Source: an uncultured Acidobacteriota bacterium
GTDB taxonomy: Bacteria; Acidobacteriota; Thermoanaerobaculia; Multivoradales; UBA5704
NCBI GenBank assembly: GCA_963770895.1
Contig: CAVYRF010000001.1
Coordinates: 1,664,001 to 1,728,000 of the forward strand
Direction of reading: 5' to 3'
DNA length: 64,000 bases
Position 1 is the first letter of the stretch; every line of letters begins with the position of its first letter. The position numbers and the translations under genes are program-made. The notes under the pieces were generated by a model that was given only the letters and a program-made list of their open reading frames with translations, had not been told where the DNA came from and made no database searches. Shown piece by piece: positions 8,057-19,035 of the stretch.

Positions 8057-9364
8057 CTACGCCGGCGGCGGCACGGCGCCGGCGCGGTGCAGGTAGCGAT
8101 CGCGCAGGCGGAGCTGGCGTGAGTCCTGCGGCATTTCGACGCCGCGGATGAAGACGTGCTGGGCGGCGGTGGTGAGCTCCAGCGGGTCGCCGTCCCAGAC
8201 CACCAGGTCGGCGTCCTTGCCGGGCTCGATCGTGCCGTAGTCGCGCAGTCCCCAGATCGCCGCCGGATTGGCGGTCATCGCGGCCAGGGCGGTATCCCAG
8301 GGGAGGCCGTAGGCGACGGCGTTGCCGGCTTCCTGCCGCAGGTTGCGGGCATTGTCGGAGTCGTTGGTGAACAGAGCGATGGTCACTCCGGCGCGCGCCA
8401 GGCGGGCGGCGTTTTCGAGCGTCGCCCCCAGGGAGTCGAATTCCGGCAGGTTGTCCAGCGGGTTGACCAGCACCGGCACGTGCGCCGCGGCGATCTCGCC
8501 GGCCACCTTCCAGCCTTCGGCGGCGCCGGCCAGGATCAGCTTGAGCTTGAGGTCGCGGGCGAGCCCGAGCAGGGCTTCGATGTCGCTCGCGCGGTTGACG
8601 CCGACCACCAGCGGCTGGCGGCCCCGCGCCACCGGCACCAGCGCATCCAGGTCGGCCTTGGACACCGAGTAGGGACGGCGCTGCGCCTGGTCGTAGGCCT
8701 GGCGGTGCAGGTCGTAATCGGCGGCATCTTCGATGGCGTGGCGCAGCTTGAGCAGGACGGAGACGCGGCTGGGGCCGTCGTCGCCGGGATCGCCGAACAC
8801 GGCGAGCTGGCCGACGGCCGGGATCACCACGGTGCGGTGCGGGCCGGCCAGGTCGATGGCCGCGACCTGGCCCAGGAACAGGTTTTTGGCGTCGCCGGCG
8901 GGACCGCTGATGGCGCGCGTGATGCCTTCGACGCGGTTGACCGGCAACAGCATCGAACCGGCGTTGATCGCCACGCTGACGTCGAACGCCGCCGACAACG
9001 ACGGGTCGTGGTTGGTGGCGTCGTTGGTGCCGGCGCCGAAGCCCACTTCGACCAGGCCCAGGCTGGTGAGCGAATCCATCAGGCCGGGGGTGACGACCTT
9101 GCCGGCGGCGTCGATGCGCCGCGCTCCGGCAGGAATGGCGATGCCGACGCCGACCGCCTGGATGCGGCCGCCGGCGATCAGGACGGTGGCGCCGCGCAGG
9201 GTGCCCGCGGCGCCGGCGGTGTGCACGGTGGCGCCGGTGATCGCCACCGGGTGTTCGCCGGCGGCGCCCGCGCCGCCGGCTTCGTTTTGGGCTGCGGCGC
9301 GGCCCAGGGCAAGGGTGGCGCTGGCGGCGGCGACGGCGAGGATCAACAGGCTGCGGCGTTTCAT
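8057..9364 (-). CDS. Secreted amidohydrolase family protein (metal ligands degenerate)
   Basis: IDAAGKVVTPGLMDS; GTIEPGKDADLVVWDGDPL. Confidence 0.85.
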   Translation of the reverse strand: MKRRSLLILAVAAASATLALGRAAAQNEAGGAGAAGEHPVAITGATVHTAGAAGTLRGATVLIAGGRIQAVGVGIAIPAGARRIDAAGKVVTPGLMDSLTSLGLVEVGFGAGTNDATNHDPSLSAAFDVSVAINAGSMLLPVNRVEGITRAISGPAGDAKNLFLGQVAAIDLAGPHRTVVIPAVGQLAVFGDPGDDGPSRVSVLLKLRHAIEDAADYDLHRQAYDQAQRRPYSVSKADLDALVPVARGRQPLVVGVNRASDIEALLGLARDLKLKLILAGAAEGWKVAGEIAAAHVPVLVNPLDNLPEFDSLGATLENAARLARAGVTIALFTNDSDNARNLRQEAGNAVAYGLPWDTALAAMTANPAAIWGLRDYGTIEPGKDADLVVWDGDPLELTTAAQHVFIRGVEMPQDSRQLRLRDRYLHRAGAVPPPA

Positions 9365-10968
9365 CGGCTGCCTCCGTCGTGCGCACCGGCCGGCGACGCG
9401 GCCGGTCCGATGGGGGAGTGGTCGCGCAGCCCCAGCTCGAAGTCGGTCAGCGGCTGGTGCGCGGCGTCGTTGCGGTCGTACTCCAGGGCGCCGTCGATAT
9501 AAACCTTTTCGGCGCGGCTGTAGACGCTGAACGGGTCGCCGCTCCACATCACCACGTCGGCCATCTTGCCCACCTCCAGCGAGCCGGTCTGTTTGTCGAT
9601 GCCCAGGGAGCGGGCGGGATTGATGGTGAGCCAGCGGATGGCGTCTTCGGCGGTGATCGCCATGCCGGCCCGCCGCCCCGCGGCCATCGCCTTGGCCGCC
9701 TCCTGGTTGAGGCGCTGGGCGCCGGTGGCGGAATCGGAGTGGACGACGGCGCAAGCGCCCGCCTGGTTGACCAGCGCGATGTTTTCGCGGATGCCGTCGA
9801 GCGCTTCCATCTTGAAGCCCCACCAGTCGGCCCACATGTCGGCGCAGATACCGTTCTGTGCCAGCACGTCGGCAATCTTGTAGGCTTCCACCGCGTGATG
9901 GAAGGCGGTGACCTTGTAGCCGAACTCCTTGGCGATATCGATCATTTCCAGCATCTCGTCGGCGCGATAGCAGTGGTTTTGCACCAGGATCGAACCGTCC
10001 AGCACGCCGGCCAGGGTTTCCAGCTGCAGGTCGCGGTCGGGCGGTGCGAGCTTGTCCCCGGTGGGCGACTTGTCCTGGCCCTTTGCGACCTTGTCCCGGT
10101 ACTCCTGCCAGCGCCGGCGATAGTCGGCGGCGCGGATCCAGGCTTCGCGGTAGCCGGCCACGTTGCCCATGCGCGTCGAAGGCGCGCGGCCTTTATCGCC
10201 GTAGACCCGCTTGGGGTTTTCGCCGCAGGCCATCTTGAGGCCGTACGGAGCGCCCGGGAACTTCATCCCGTCGACGCCCTCGGCGCGGACGTTCTTGACG
10301 GTGATGGAGCGGCCGCCGAACAGATTGCCCGAGCCGGGGAGGATCTGCATGGTTGTAACGCCCCCGGCCAACACCAGGGGAAACTGCGGGTCCTGCGGCC
10401 ACACCGAGTGCTCGGCCCATACCTCGGCGGTGTCGGGGTTGGTCAGCTCGTTGCCGTCGGAGTTGGCCGACACCCCCGGTGACGCGTAGACGCCCAGGTG
10501 GGAGTGGGGATCGATGATCCCCGGCGTCACCCAGCGCCCCTTGCCGTCCACCGCCTGAGCGCCGGCGGCGGCGGCGGCGTCGGGCGCACCGGCGCCCAGC
10601 GCGGCGACCTTGCCGTCGCGCAGCAGCACCCAGCCGTTTTCGATGCGCGGACCGGCGGCGGTCAGCACGGTGGCGTTTTCGATCAGCACCGGCGGCGACG
10701 GCCGCCGTCGATAGGTGGACGCGTAGGCCGCGGCGCCCGGTCCCGGCGCCGGGGTGGCGGCAGCGCTGCCGGCGGCGCCGTTGGACGATCCCGCCGTCGC
10801 CGGGGCCGGGGCTTGCGCCGGCATCGGCGGCTGGTTGGTCCTGGCGGCGGCGCCCGGCGCCGCGGCGGTCGAGGCACAGCCGGCCGCCACGCTCGCGATC
10901 GCCAGCGCCAGGGCGAAACCGGCGGCGGACGCGGCGCGCACCGGGCGCAACGATTCCATGCTGCTCAT
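9361..10968 (-). CDS. Amidohydrolase family lipoprotein
   Basis: VTPGIIDPHSHLG; KMACGENPKRVYG; GSLEVGKMADVVMWSGDPF; lipobox VAAGC. Start approximate. Confidence 0.88.
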   Translation of the reverse strand: MSSMESLRPVRAASAAGFALALAIASVAAGCASTAAAPGAAARTNQPPMPAQAPAPATAGSSNGAAGSAAATPAPGPGAAAYASTYRRRPSPPVLIENATVLTAAGPRIENGWVLLRDGKVAALGAGAPDAAAAAGAQAVDGKGRWVTPGIIDPHSHLGVYASPGVSANSDGNELTNPDTAEVWAEHSVWPQDPQFPLVLAGGVTTMQILPGSGNLFGGRSITVKNVRAEGVDGMKFPGAPYGLKMACGENPKRVYGDKGRAPSTRMGNVAGYREAWIRAADYRRRWQEYRDKVAKGQDKSPTGDKLAPPDRDLQLETLAGVLDGSILVQNHCYRADEMLEMIDIAKEFGYKVTAFHHAVEAYKIADVLAQNGICADMWADWWGFKMEALDGIRENIALVNQAGACAVVHSDSATGAQRLNQEAAKAMAAGRRAGMAITAEDAIRWLTINPARSLGIDKQTGSLEVGKMADVVMWSGDPFSVYSRAEKVYIDGALEYDRNDAAHQPLTDFELGLRDHSPIGPAASPAGAHDGGSR

Positions 10969-10997
10969 ACCGCAGATACCTCCGAAAATGTTGTTGC

Positions 10998-11768
10998 TCA
11001 TGAAGCGCGGATCGTACCATGCGCCGGCGGCGTCGCGGGCGCCGGCGCCAATGGTGGCGGCGGTTTGACGGCCGCCAGCTGCATCATGCCGGCGGCGGCC
11101 AGCGCCTGGGCGCACAGATCGGCGACCGGCGCCCACCCCAGCCAGCCAGAAGCGGCGGCCGCGGCCCCGCCGGGCAGCGCGCCGAGCGCCTGCGCCAGGA
11201 GCAGCGCCGCTTCGAGCCCGCTTTGCACCAGCAGCCACACCAACCCCGCGCGCAGCAGCCGCCAGCCGCGGGCACTCCCCGCCGGCGGCCGCCGCAGCAG
11301 GGCCAGGACGACCGCGAAACCCACCGCGAACACCGCCGCCTGAAAGCCCCGCAACGCGCCGAGATCGGTGAAGAAAGGCACCAGCGTGCCCGCCAGCACG
11401 GCGGCGGCAGGGATGCCGGGCACCAGCAGGGCGTTGACCCGCCGGCGCTCGCGCTCGCCGCCGTGCCGCAGCTCGTAGCATCCCGCCGCCAGGGCGGCCA
11501 GGAAGTACCAGCCGGCGGCCAGGTAGAGCACCCAGAAGCCGCGCCTGTCCCACAGCAGCAGGCCGGCCTGGGCCAGCAACAGCCCGGCCCAGGCCCGTGC
11601 CCAGTGCCGCGGCGGGACCGGCCCGCGGCGGCGCCCCAGCCAGCTGAAGAGGGCCAGCAGCGCCAGCGCGCCGCCGGCCTGCGCCAGGACCGCGGCCAGG
11701 GCGAAGGGAGCCAGCGGCGAAGGCAACGGCGGCGGCGCTGCGGGCGGCGGCAGGAGCAGAGTGAGCAA
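10998..11768 (-). CDS. Multi-pass membrane protein
   Basis: About 7 hydrophobic segments; start uncertain. Confidence 0.55.
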   Translation of the reverse strand: MLTLLLPPPAAPPPLPSPLAPFALAAVLAQAGGALALLALFSWLGRRRGPVPPRHWARAWAGLLLAQAGLLLWDRRGFWVLYLAAGWYFLAALAAGCYELRHGGERERRRVNALLVPGIPAAAVLAGTLVPFFTDLGALRGFQAAVFAVGFAVVLALLRRPPAGSARGWRLLRAGLVWLLVQSGLEAALLLAQALGALPGGAAAAASGWLGWAPVADLCAQALAAAGMMQLAAVKPPPPLAPAPATPPAHGTIRAS

Positions 11769-11862
11769 AGCGCAGCCATGCTAGCATTCCGAGCCAGACA
11801 CTGGCGTTGTGCGCCGGCCTGGCGCCTGCTCCCATGGCGACCAATCCTGGAGGCCCCCGGTT

Positions 11863-14385
11863 ATGACCCTGCTTCTCGACGATCAAGGTGCCGCCGAGCC
11901 TGCCGTGGGCGGTGACCAGCCCGCTACGGCCGTGAGCGCCCAGGACGCCGCCTCGCCCGCCCCGGCCTTTGGCCGCGAAAGCGTGCTGGAGGACTACCGG
12001 CTGGCTTGGGAGAGCCGCCAGGCCAGCCTCCTCGGGCGGCGCGAAGTGCTGACCGGCAAGGCCAAGTTCGGCATCTTCGGCGACGGCAAGGAGGTGGCGC
12101 AGGTGGCCCTGGCGAAGGTCTTCCGGCCGGGAGACTTCCGTTCCGGCTACTACCGCGACCAGACCTTGATGATGGCGCTCGGGCAGCTCAGCCTGGAGCA
12201 GTTCTTCGCCCAGCTGTACGCCAACCCTGACGTCGAGCAGGAGCCCTGTTCGGCCGGGCGCTCGATGACCGCGCACTTCGCCACCCGCATGGTGGAAGCG
12301 GACGGCACCTTCCGCGCCCTGTCGCAGCTGCTCAATTCGCCCGCCGACCTGTCGCCGACCGGCAGCCAGATGCCGCGCCTGGTGGGCCTTGCCTACGCCT
12401 CGCGGCTGTTTCGCGAGCTGCCCGAGCTGGCCCACCTGGCCGACCTGTCGGACCGCGGCGGCGAAGTCGCCTTCGGCACCATCGGCAACGCCAGCTGCGC
12501 CGAAGGCGTCTTCTGGGAGGCGATCAATGCCATCGGCGTGCTGCAGGCGCCGGCGGTGCTGTCGATCTGGGACGACGGCTACGGCATCTCGGTGCCCAAC
12601 GAGCTGCAGCTGGTCAAGGACCTTTCCGAGCTGCTCGCCGGCTTCCGGCGGGCGCCTGGAGGCCGCCGCGGCTACGACCTGTATCGCGTCTGCGGCTGGG
12701 ACTACCCGGCGCTGTGCGCCGCCTTCAGCCGGGCTGCCGATACCGCGCGCCGCGAGCACGTGCCGGCGATCGTGCACGTCGTCGAGATGACCCAGCCGCA
12801 GGGCCATTCGACCTCGGGCAGCCACGAGCGCTACAAGTCCAAGCAGCGCCTGGCCTGGGAAGCCGAAGCCGATTGCCTCCGCCGCATGCGGCAGTGGATG
12901 ATCGGCGACGGCCTCGCCACCGCCGCCCAGCTCGACGCGCTCGAAGAGACGGCGACGCGCGAAGTGCGCGACACCCAGCGGCGCGCCTGGGACGCCATCC
13001 GCGCGCCGATGGAAGAGGACAAGGCGGCGCTGCTGGCACTGACCGCCCAGCTGGTGCAGGAAGCCGCGCCGCAGGCACCCCAGATTGCCGCAGAGGTCGA
13101 AGAGATCCGCGCCGAGCTGGGCCGTCAGGCGACCTCGCTGCGCCGCGACCTGGCGGTGGCGGCGCAGGCCGCCCTGGTGGCGGTGGCGGCCGGCTCGCGC
13201 GGCGCCGCGGGCGGCCCGCCGCCGCTGCCGGCGGCGCGGCGCCTCGCCGCCTGGCGGCAGCGTCAGGACCGGCAGCTTACCGAGCTATACGGCTCCGACC
13301 TGTACAGCGAGACGCCGCGGGCGGCGCTACGGGTGCCGGTGGTGCCCGCGGCCTACGGCGCGGACGCGCCGCTGGTGGACGGCCACAAGGTGATGAACGC
13401 CTGCTTCGACGCCGCCCTGGCGCGCGATCCGCGCATCGTCGCCATGGGTGAGGACGTGGGCCAGATCGGCGACGTCAACCAGGGCTTTGCCGGGTTGCAG
13501 GCAAAGTACGGCGTGCTGCGCGTCTCCGACACCGGCATCCGCGAGGCGACGATCATGGGGCAGGCCATCGGCCTGGCGCTGCGCGGCCTGCGGCCGATCG
13601 CGGAGATCCAATACCTGGACTACGTTCTCTACGGCCTGCAAATCCTTTCCGACGACCTGGCGACGCTGCGCTATCGCACCAAGGGGCAGCAGAAGGCGCC
13701 GGTCATCGTGCGCACCCGCGGCCACCGGCTGGAGGGGATCTGGCACGCCGGTTCGCCGATGGCGGGGATCATCAACTTGTTGCGCGGCATCTACATCTGC
13801 GTGCCGCGCAACATGACGCAGGCGGCGGGTTTTTATAATACGCTGCTGTTGGGTGACGACCCCGGCATGGTGATCGAAGTGCTCAACGGCTATCGCTCCA
13901 AGGAGCTGCTGCCGCAAAACATCGGCGACATGACGGTGCCGCTGGGCGTCCCTGAAGTGCTGCGCAGCGGCGGCGACGTCACCGTGGTCACCTACGGCGC
14001 CTGCTGCCGCATCGCGTTGGAAGCAGCGGACCGCCTGGCCCAGGTGGGCATCCAGATCGAAGTCATCGACGTCCAGACGCTGGTGCCCTTCGACGTCCAA
14101 GGATGCATCCTGGATTCGCTGCGCCGCACGCATCGGATTGTGTTCCTGGACGAAGACGTTCCCGGCGGCGCCAGCGCCTTCATGATGCAGCAGGTGCTGG
14201 AAGTGCAGGGCGGCTACGCCTGGCTCGACGCGGAACCGCGCACCCTGGCGGCGACCGATCACCGGCCGGCGTATGGCTCGGACGGCGACTATTGGTCAAA
14301 GCCCAACCGCGAGCAGATCTTCGAAACCGTCTACGAACTGATGCACGAATCCGCTCCAGCCTTGTACCCGCTTTTTTACCGCTGA
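11863..14385 (+). CDS. 2-oxoacid dehydrogenase E1, fused alpha/beta subunits (branched-chain/pyruvate type)
   Basis: [12 protein letters not shown]; SGYYRDQT; [17 protein letters not shown]; transketolase C-terminal domain. Confidence 0.9.
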   Translation: MTLLLDDQGAAEPAVGGDQPATAVSAQDAASPAPAFGRESVLEDYRLAWESRQASLLGRREVLTGKAKFGIFGDGKEVAQVALAKVFRPGDFRSGYYRDQTLMMALGQLSLEQFFAQLYANPDVEQEPCSAGRSMTAHFATRMVEADGTFRALSQLLNSPADLSPTGSQMPRLVGLAYASRLFRELPELAHLADLSDRGGEVAFGTIGNASCAEGVFWEAINAIGVLQAPAVLSIWDDGYGISVPNELQLVKDLSELLAGFRRAPGGRRGYDLYRVCGWDYPALCAAFSRAADTARREHVPAIVHVVEMTQPQGHSTSGSHERYKSKQRLAWEAEADCLRRMRQWMIGDGLATAAQLDALEETATREVRDTQRRAWDAIRAPMEEDKAALLALTAQLVQEAAPQAPQIAAEVEEIRAELGRQATSLRRDLAVAAQAALVAVAAGSRGAAGGPPPLPAARRLAAWRQRQDRQLTELYGSDLYSETPRAALRVPVVPAAYGADAPLVDGHKVMNACFDAALARDPRIVAMGEDVGQIGDVNQGFAGLQAKYGVLRVSDTGIREATIMGQAIGLALRGLRPIAEIQYLDYVLYGLQILSDDLATLRYRTKGQQKAPVIVRTRGHRLEGIWHAGSPMAGIINLLRGIYICVPRNMTQAAGFYNTLLLGDDPGMVIEVLNGYRSKELLPQNIGDMTVPLGVPEVLRSGGDVTVVTYGACCRIALEAADRLAQVGIQIEVIDVQTLVPFDVQGCILDSLRRTHRIVFLDEDVPGGASAFMMQQVLEVQGGYAWLDAEPRTLAATDHRPAYGSDGDYWSKPNREQIFETVYELMHESAPALYPLFYR

Positions 14386-14453
14386 AGCAGGTCGTACGCG
14401 CGGCCAGGGAAGGGCGGGGGCGGCGCCGTGGCTCCGCCCCCGGCCGGTGGACG

Positions 14454-14693
14454 CTATGCCGCTGCCTTGGCTTCCAGGGCGGCGCGCAGCTGCCGCCTGA
14501 GCTCCGCCAATTCGTCGTCGCCGGCCGTCGCCATGGAGCTGTCGAGGGCACAGTGCGGCGCCGGGCTCCAATCCTCAGCCACCGGGCCGCCGGTGACGCC
14601 GGTGGTCAGCTCACATTCCGGCTTCGGGTTCGGCTGTGGTGGGACCTTTGGTGATGAGAGGTCGAGAACCAGATCTCTTGCTGCAAAGGCCAT
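14454..14693 (-). CDS. Small 79-aa protein (MAFAARDLVLDL...LAELRRQLRAAL)
   Basis: AGAGGA RBS before the ATG; occupies the gap between E1 and the kinase gene. Confidence 0.65.
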   Translation of the reverse strand: MAFAARDLVLDLSSPKVPPQPNPKPECELTTGVTGGPVAEDWSPAPHCALDSSMATAGDDELAELRRQLRAALEAKAAA

Positions 14694-14809
14694 TGGCGCC
14701 TCCTCTATGGGATGGACACCGTTATCATATCGCATTCCGTCGGTCGTCAACAGGCCAAGGCCGCGGCCGATCTACTTATAAACTGATAGATACTGACGAA
14801 TGTCGGAAT

Positions 14810-17800
14810 TCATTCAATTGTTCGCAGCCAGATGTCGCCTTCTTCGCTGGTCTGGATGACGTACAGCTGGCGACCGTCCGGACTGATGATCGGAGTCCTG
14901 AAGGTGCTGCCCTGCGGAGCCTTGCGCACTTCGTGGCTGACCCCCGTCGCGGTGTCGAGGATCTCCACGTTGGAGCCGTTCGCCATGTCGGCGTTGGTCA
15001 GGTAGATCAGCCGGCGGCTGTCGACCAGCCAGCGCGGAAACAGGCCGCTTTGCGCAGTCGGTCGATAGGTCTTGCGCTGCAGATCGTAAACCACCAGGCA
15101 ATGCAGCCGGTCGCGCCCGGCCAGGCGCAAGCCGTCCCGCGACCACGAGGTGACGCCGAAGAACCCGGCGCCCGGCACTGGCGGCAGGAACTGCGGCTGC
15201 CGCGCCGCGAGCGGCACCGTCAGATCGACCAGCGCGGCGTTGCCGGCGTCCAGGTTGCAGGCCAGGCGCTTGCCGTCGGGCGCCAGCTGCGGGTCGCTGA
15301 CCACGTGCTGCGAAAAAGCCGTCAGCTGGCGCGGTTCGCTGCCGTCGGCGTCGATGCTCCAAGCTTGATAATTACCGCTGCGATTCGAATAGAACACCAG
15401 CTGAGATCCGTCGGCCGACCATTCGGGGCTGCGGTTTTTGAAGTGATCGTTGGTCAGCTGGCGCAGGCCGCTGCCGTCTGGATGGATGACGAACAGGTCT
15501 TCCTGCGGCGCCGCGGTCGCGTAGGCGATCCACTGCCCGTCCGGCGACGCGCTACAGTGGGCCACCTCGCGCCGCACGTGGGTCGTCCACTCGGGATTCG
15601 CGGCCAGCGCCTCGCCGGTCTGCGGGTCGAGGCGGATCGCTTCCAGGTTCTGCTGGCTGTCGTCCGAGGCATAGACCATACGGTGGTTGTCGCTCGCAAA
15701 GCTCATCAGCCCGGTACCGGTGGGCGTGGTGAGCGGCTCGGCGGCGCCCAGCACTTCGCCTGAGTCCTGGTCGATGCGCACCCGCCAGAGATTGAGCAGG
15801 CCGCTGCGGTTGCTGGAAAAATAAAGGTATTTTCCGTCCGGGGCCCAGGCCGGGCTCCAATTGACATAGCCGTCGTCGGCCGTCACCTGCCTGGGCTGGC
15901 CGCCGTCGGCGGCGATGGTCCAGATGATGCGATGGCCGGTCGCCGGGATGCTGCTCCAGAAGGCGATCCGCTTGCCGTCCGGCGACCAGGCCGGCTGCAC
16001 GCCGTCGCCGTCGAAGATCAGGCGCTTCTGCCCGGTGTTGACGTTGATGCGCCACAGCTTGCTGACCGAAACCCGCCGCAGCGGATTTTCGATCCCTTCG
16101 CTGGCGTAGGCGATCTCGCTGCCGTCGGGAGACCAGGTGGGATTGAAGCCGCTATCGTTCAGGCGCCTCACCGATTCGCCGGTCGACCCCATCAGGTAGA
16201 TGCCGCCGCCGTTGCGCTCGGAACGGAATGCGATCTGCTGGCCGTCCGGCGAGTAGGCCGGCTGGGTGTCGTCGGCGGGAGACCCCTGCGACAGGTTGAC
16301 CGGCTTGTCACCGCCGACGCGTTGGGAGAAGAGCGCAGATCGGCCGTTGACCTTTTTGGCGTATACAAAATAGTGGCCGTCCGGCGCCAGGCTCGGAAAC
16401 GTTTCCTTGCCCTCGAACTCGGTCAACCGCGCGTCGTGCACCCGGCGCGGATCGATCGGCACCGATTCGCGGCTCTGGCGCACGTACCAGGCGCCGCCCA
16501 GGCAGGCGAGCGCCAGGGCGCCGGCCGCAAGGCCGCGGCGCAGCACCTTGCCGCGCCGCGGCGCCGCGGGTTGCTGCTGCGCCAGGGCGGCCAGCGTCAT
16601 GCTGGAGCCGGTCAGCGTGCCGGTTACCGGGCCGTACAGCGCGCGCAGGTCGGTGAGCGCCGCGGCGGCGCTCGGATAGCGCTGCTCGGGGTTTTTCGCC
16701 AGCATCTGGCCGACGACGCGCGCCAGCTCGGGCGGCGCGTCGGGACGCTGTTTCAACAAGGGCTCAGGCTCTTCGTTGAACAGCGCATACAGGATGGTCT
16801 GCTCGTGTTCGCCGCGGAATGGGCGGCGGCCGGTCACCATCTCGTAGAGCACCGCCCCCAGCGACCAGACGTCGGTGCGCGGGTCGACCTCTTCGCCGCG
16901 CGCCTGCTCGGGAGACATGTAGCCGGGCGTGCCGAGGGACGAACCGGTGCGGGTGAGCCCGGCGGCGCCGGCCAGCTTGGCGATGCCGAAGTCCAGGATC
17001 TTGACGATCTCGTCGCTGGTGATCATCAGGTTGGCCGGCTTGATGTCGCGGTGCACGATGCCGTTGCGGTGCGCCTTGACCAGCCCGCGCGCCACCTGCT
17101 GCGCCAGCTCCACGGCGTCGTCGATCGCCAGACGCCCGCGTACCAGGCGCTGCTTGAGGGTTTCGCCCTCGTAGCAGGCCATGGCGAGGAACAGCTGCCC
17201 CTCTTCGGTTTCGCCGACTTCGTGGATGGTGCAGATGTTGGGGTGATCGAGCGCCGAGGCCGCCCGCGCTTCCTGCAGGAAGCGGGTCTTGGAGTCCTCG
17301 TCGCGGGTCATCTCGGGAGGCAGGAACTTGAGCGCCACGACCCGCCCCAGCAGCAGGTCCTGCGCCTTGTAGACGACGCCCATGCCGCCGCCGCCGATGT
17401 GGCCCAGGATGCGGTAGTGGGAGACGATGCGGCCGACCAGCCTGCCCGCGGCGACGGGAAAGGCGCCGGTGCCGGTGCCGGGCGTGGCGCCGCCGGCGCT
17501 GCTGGCGCCGCCGGTGCCGGAGGGCATGCCGGCAGGTATGCCGCCGGAGCGCTCGGCGGTGCCGGGCGGCATGCCCTCCGGCACCGGTGACGGCGGCGGC
17601 AACGAGGGCGCCCCCGGCGTCAGGCTGCCGGAGCGGGCCGGTGTCGACGGCCAGTCGCCGGAGGGCGGCGCCTCGACCAGGGTCTGGTCGAAGGATTCAG
17701 ACAGCGCCGGCTGCGCCACGCGCTCGGCGACGCTCAGCAGGTCGGCGTGCAGCTCGATGGCGCGCTGGTAGCGCTCGCCGGGGCGCTTGGCGAGCGCGCG

Positions 17801-18751
17801 CAGGACGATGCGCTCGAGCGCCTGCGGCACCCCCTGGCGCAGCGACGGGATCGGCCGCGGCGGGCGCTTGACGATGGCGTTGACCATGTCGCGCTCGTCG
17901 TTGCTGCTCCAGGGGAGCCTGCCGGTGACCATCTCGTAGAGCACCACCCCCAGCGCCCACAGGTCGACCCGGTGGTCGGCCTCTTCGGACAGGAAGAGCT
18001 CGGGGGCGACGTAGGCGGTGGTGCCCATGACTTCGCCGGTGCGGGTCAGGCGGGTCTGGTCGGCCAGGCGAGCGATGCCGAAATCGACGATGCGGACGCG
18101 CCCGTCGTCGGCGACCATGACGTTGCCCGGCTTGATGTCGCGATGCACCACGCCCTTGTCGTGGGCGGCGGCGAGGCCGGCGGCGATCTGGGCGCCGATC
18201 GCGAGCGCCTGCGCCACCGGCAGCGGGCCGTGCTCGATCTTGCGCTTGAGCGACTCGCCGTCGCAAAACGCCATGGCGATGAAGAGCCGCCCGTCTTCGG
18301 TCTGGTCGGTTTCGAAGACGGTACAGATGTTGGGATGCTCGAGGCGCGACGCGGTGCGCGCTTCGCGGGTGAAGCGGCGCTTGAAGTCCTCGCTGTTGCT
18401 GCGGTGGGGCGACAGGAACTTGAGCGCCGCGTAGCGCTCCAGGCGCGGGTCCCACGCCTTGAACACCACCCCCATGCCGCCGCCGCCCAGGCGTTCCAGG
18501 ATGCGGTAGTGCGCCACGGTGGTGCCGGCAAGCGGCATCGCCGCCGGGGAGGGCGGAGGCGGGGAGGCTGGCGGTGGCGCTGCCCCCTGTCCAGCAGGCG
18601 GTTGGCCGGCGGCGCCGGCGGGTGAGCCCGGCGCGGATGCGCCCGCGCCCCGCCCGCCACCGGGCTGCACGATACCGCTGTCGGAGATCGCGGAGGCCGC
18701 CTGGTCCCGGCCGTCCGGTCCTTGCTGCATGCCTTTGGGATGCTCGCCCAT
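14810..18751 (-). CDS. Ser/Thr protein kinase with two tandem kinase domains, TM and TolB/PD40 beta-propeller
   Basis: Two sets of GGGGMG, ALKFL, HRDIKPxN and DFG motifs; TM; repeated P.WSPDG motifs. Confidence 0.92.
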   Translation of the reverse strand: MGEHPKGMQQGPDGRDQAASAISDSGIVQPGGGRGAGASAPGSPAGAAGQPPAGQGAAPPPASPPPPSPAAMPLAGTTVAHYRILERLGGGGMGVVFKAWDPRLERYAALKFLSPHRSNSEDFKRRFTREARTASRLEHPNICTVFETDQTEDGRLFIAMAFCDGESLKRKIEHGPLPVAQALAIGAQIAAGLAAAHDKGVVHRDIKPGNVMVADDGRVRIVDFGIARLADQTRLTRTGEVMGTTAYVAPELFLSEEADHRVDLWALGVVLYEMVTGRLPWSSNDERDMVNAIVKRPPRPIPSLRQGVPQALERIVLRALAKRPGERYQRAIELHADLLSVAERVAQPALSESFDQTLVEAPPSGDWPSTPARSGSLTPGAPSLPPPSPVPEGMPPGTAERSGGIPAGMPSGTGGASSAGGATPGTGTGAFPVAAGRLVGRIVSHYRILGHIGGGGMGVVYKAQDLLLGRVVALKFLPPEMTRDEDSKTRFLQEARAASALDHPNICTIHEVGETEEGQLFLAMACYEGETLKQRLVRGRLAIDDAVELAQQVARGLVKAHRNGIVHRDIKPANLMITSDEIVKILDFGIAKLAGAAGLTRTGSSLGTPGYMSPEQARGEEVDPRTDVWSLGAVLYEMVTGRRPFRGEHEQTILYALFNEEPEPLLKQRPDAPPELARVVGQMLAKNPEQRYPSAAAALTDLRALYGPVTGTLTGSSMTLAALAQQQPAAPRRGKVLRRGLAAGALALACLGGAWYVRQSRESVPIDPRRVHDARLTEFEGKETFPSLAPDGHYFVYAKKVNGRSALFSQRVGGDKPVNLSQGSPADDTQPAYSPDGQQIAFRSERNGGGIYLMGSTGESVRRLNDSGFNPTWSPDGSEIAYASEGIENPLRRVSVSKLWRINVNTGQKRLIFDGDGVQPAWSPDGKRIAFWSSIPATGHRIIWTIAADGGQPRQVTADDGYVNWSPAWAPDGKYLYFSSNRSGLLNLWRVRIDQDSGEVLGAAEPLTTPTGTGLMSFASDNHRMVYASDDSQQNLEAIRLDPQTGEALAANPEWTTHVRREVAHCSASPDGQWIAYATAAPQEDLFVIHPDGSGLRQLTNDHFKNRSPEWSADGSQLVFYSNRSGNYQAWSIDADGSEPRQLTAFSQHVVSDPQLAPDGKRLACNLDAGNAALVDLTVPLAARQPQFLPPVPGAGFFGVTSWSRDGLRLAGRDRLHCLVVYDLQRKTYRPTAQSGLFPRWLVDSRRLIYLTNADMANGSNVEILDTATGVSHEVRKAPQGSTFRTPIISPDGRQLYVIQTSEEGDIWLRTIE

Positions 18752-19035
18752 GCGGTTCAGCGACGGATCGATATGGAGGTTCTGCCGACCGCAGGCTTGG
18801 TCACGGGAGGGCGCCGACGAGCGGCCGCAACCAACGACACCTTGCGTGCCCTGCTAGCCCGCCAGGGCGGGGTCGCAGCCGGCGGGTAGAGAAGTCTCCG
18901 TGCGGGCCACCAGTGGCGCAGTTTAACAGAACCGACAGCGCCCCGAACACCCTTGTCCGTCGCATGATAGGCTCCTGTGCCGCTCGGGCGCGGCGCCGCC
19001 GTCACGGCACCGCCATTCCGGCGCCGGGGGAACCT

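Noticed and set aside
9361-12825. 1154-aa ORF as one protein
   Set aside because: Only the 3' ~535 codons are amidohydrolase; the rest is antisense to E1 in stop-poor high-GC DNA.
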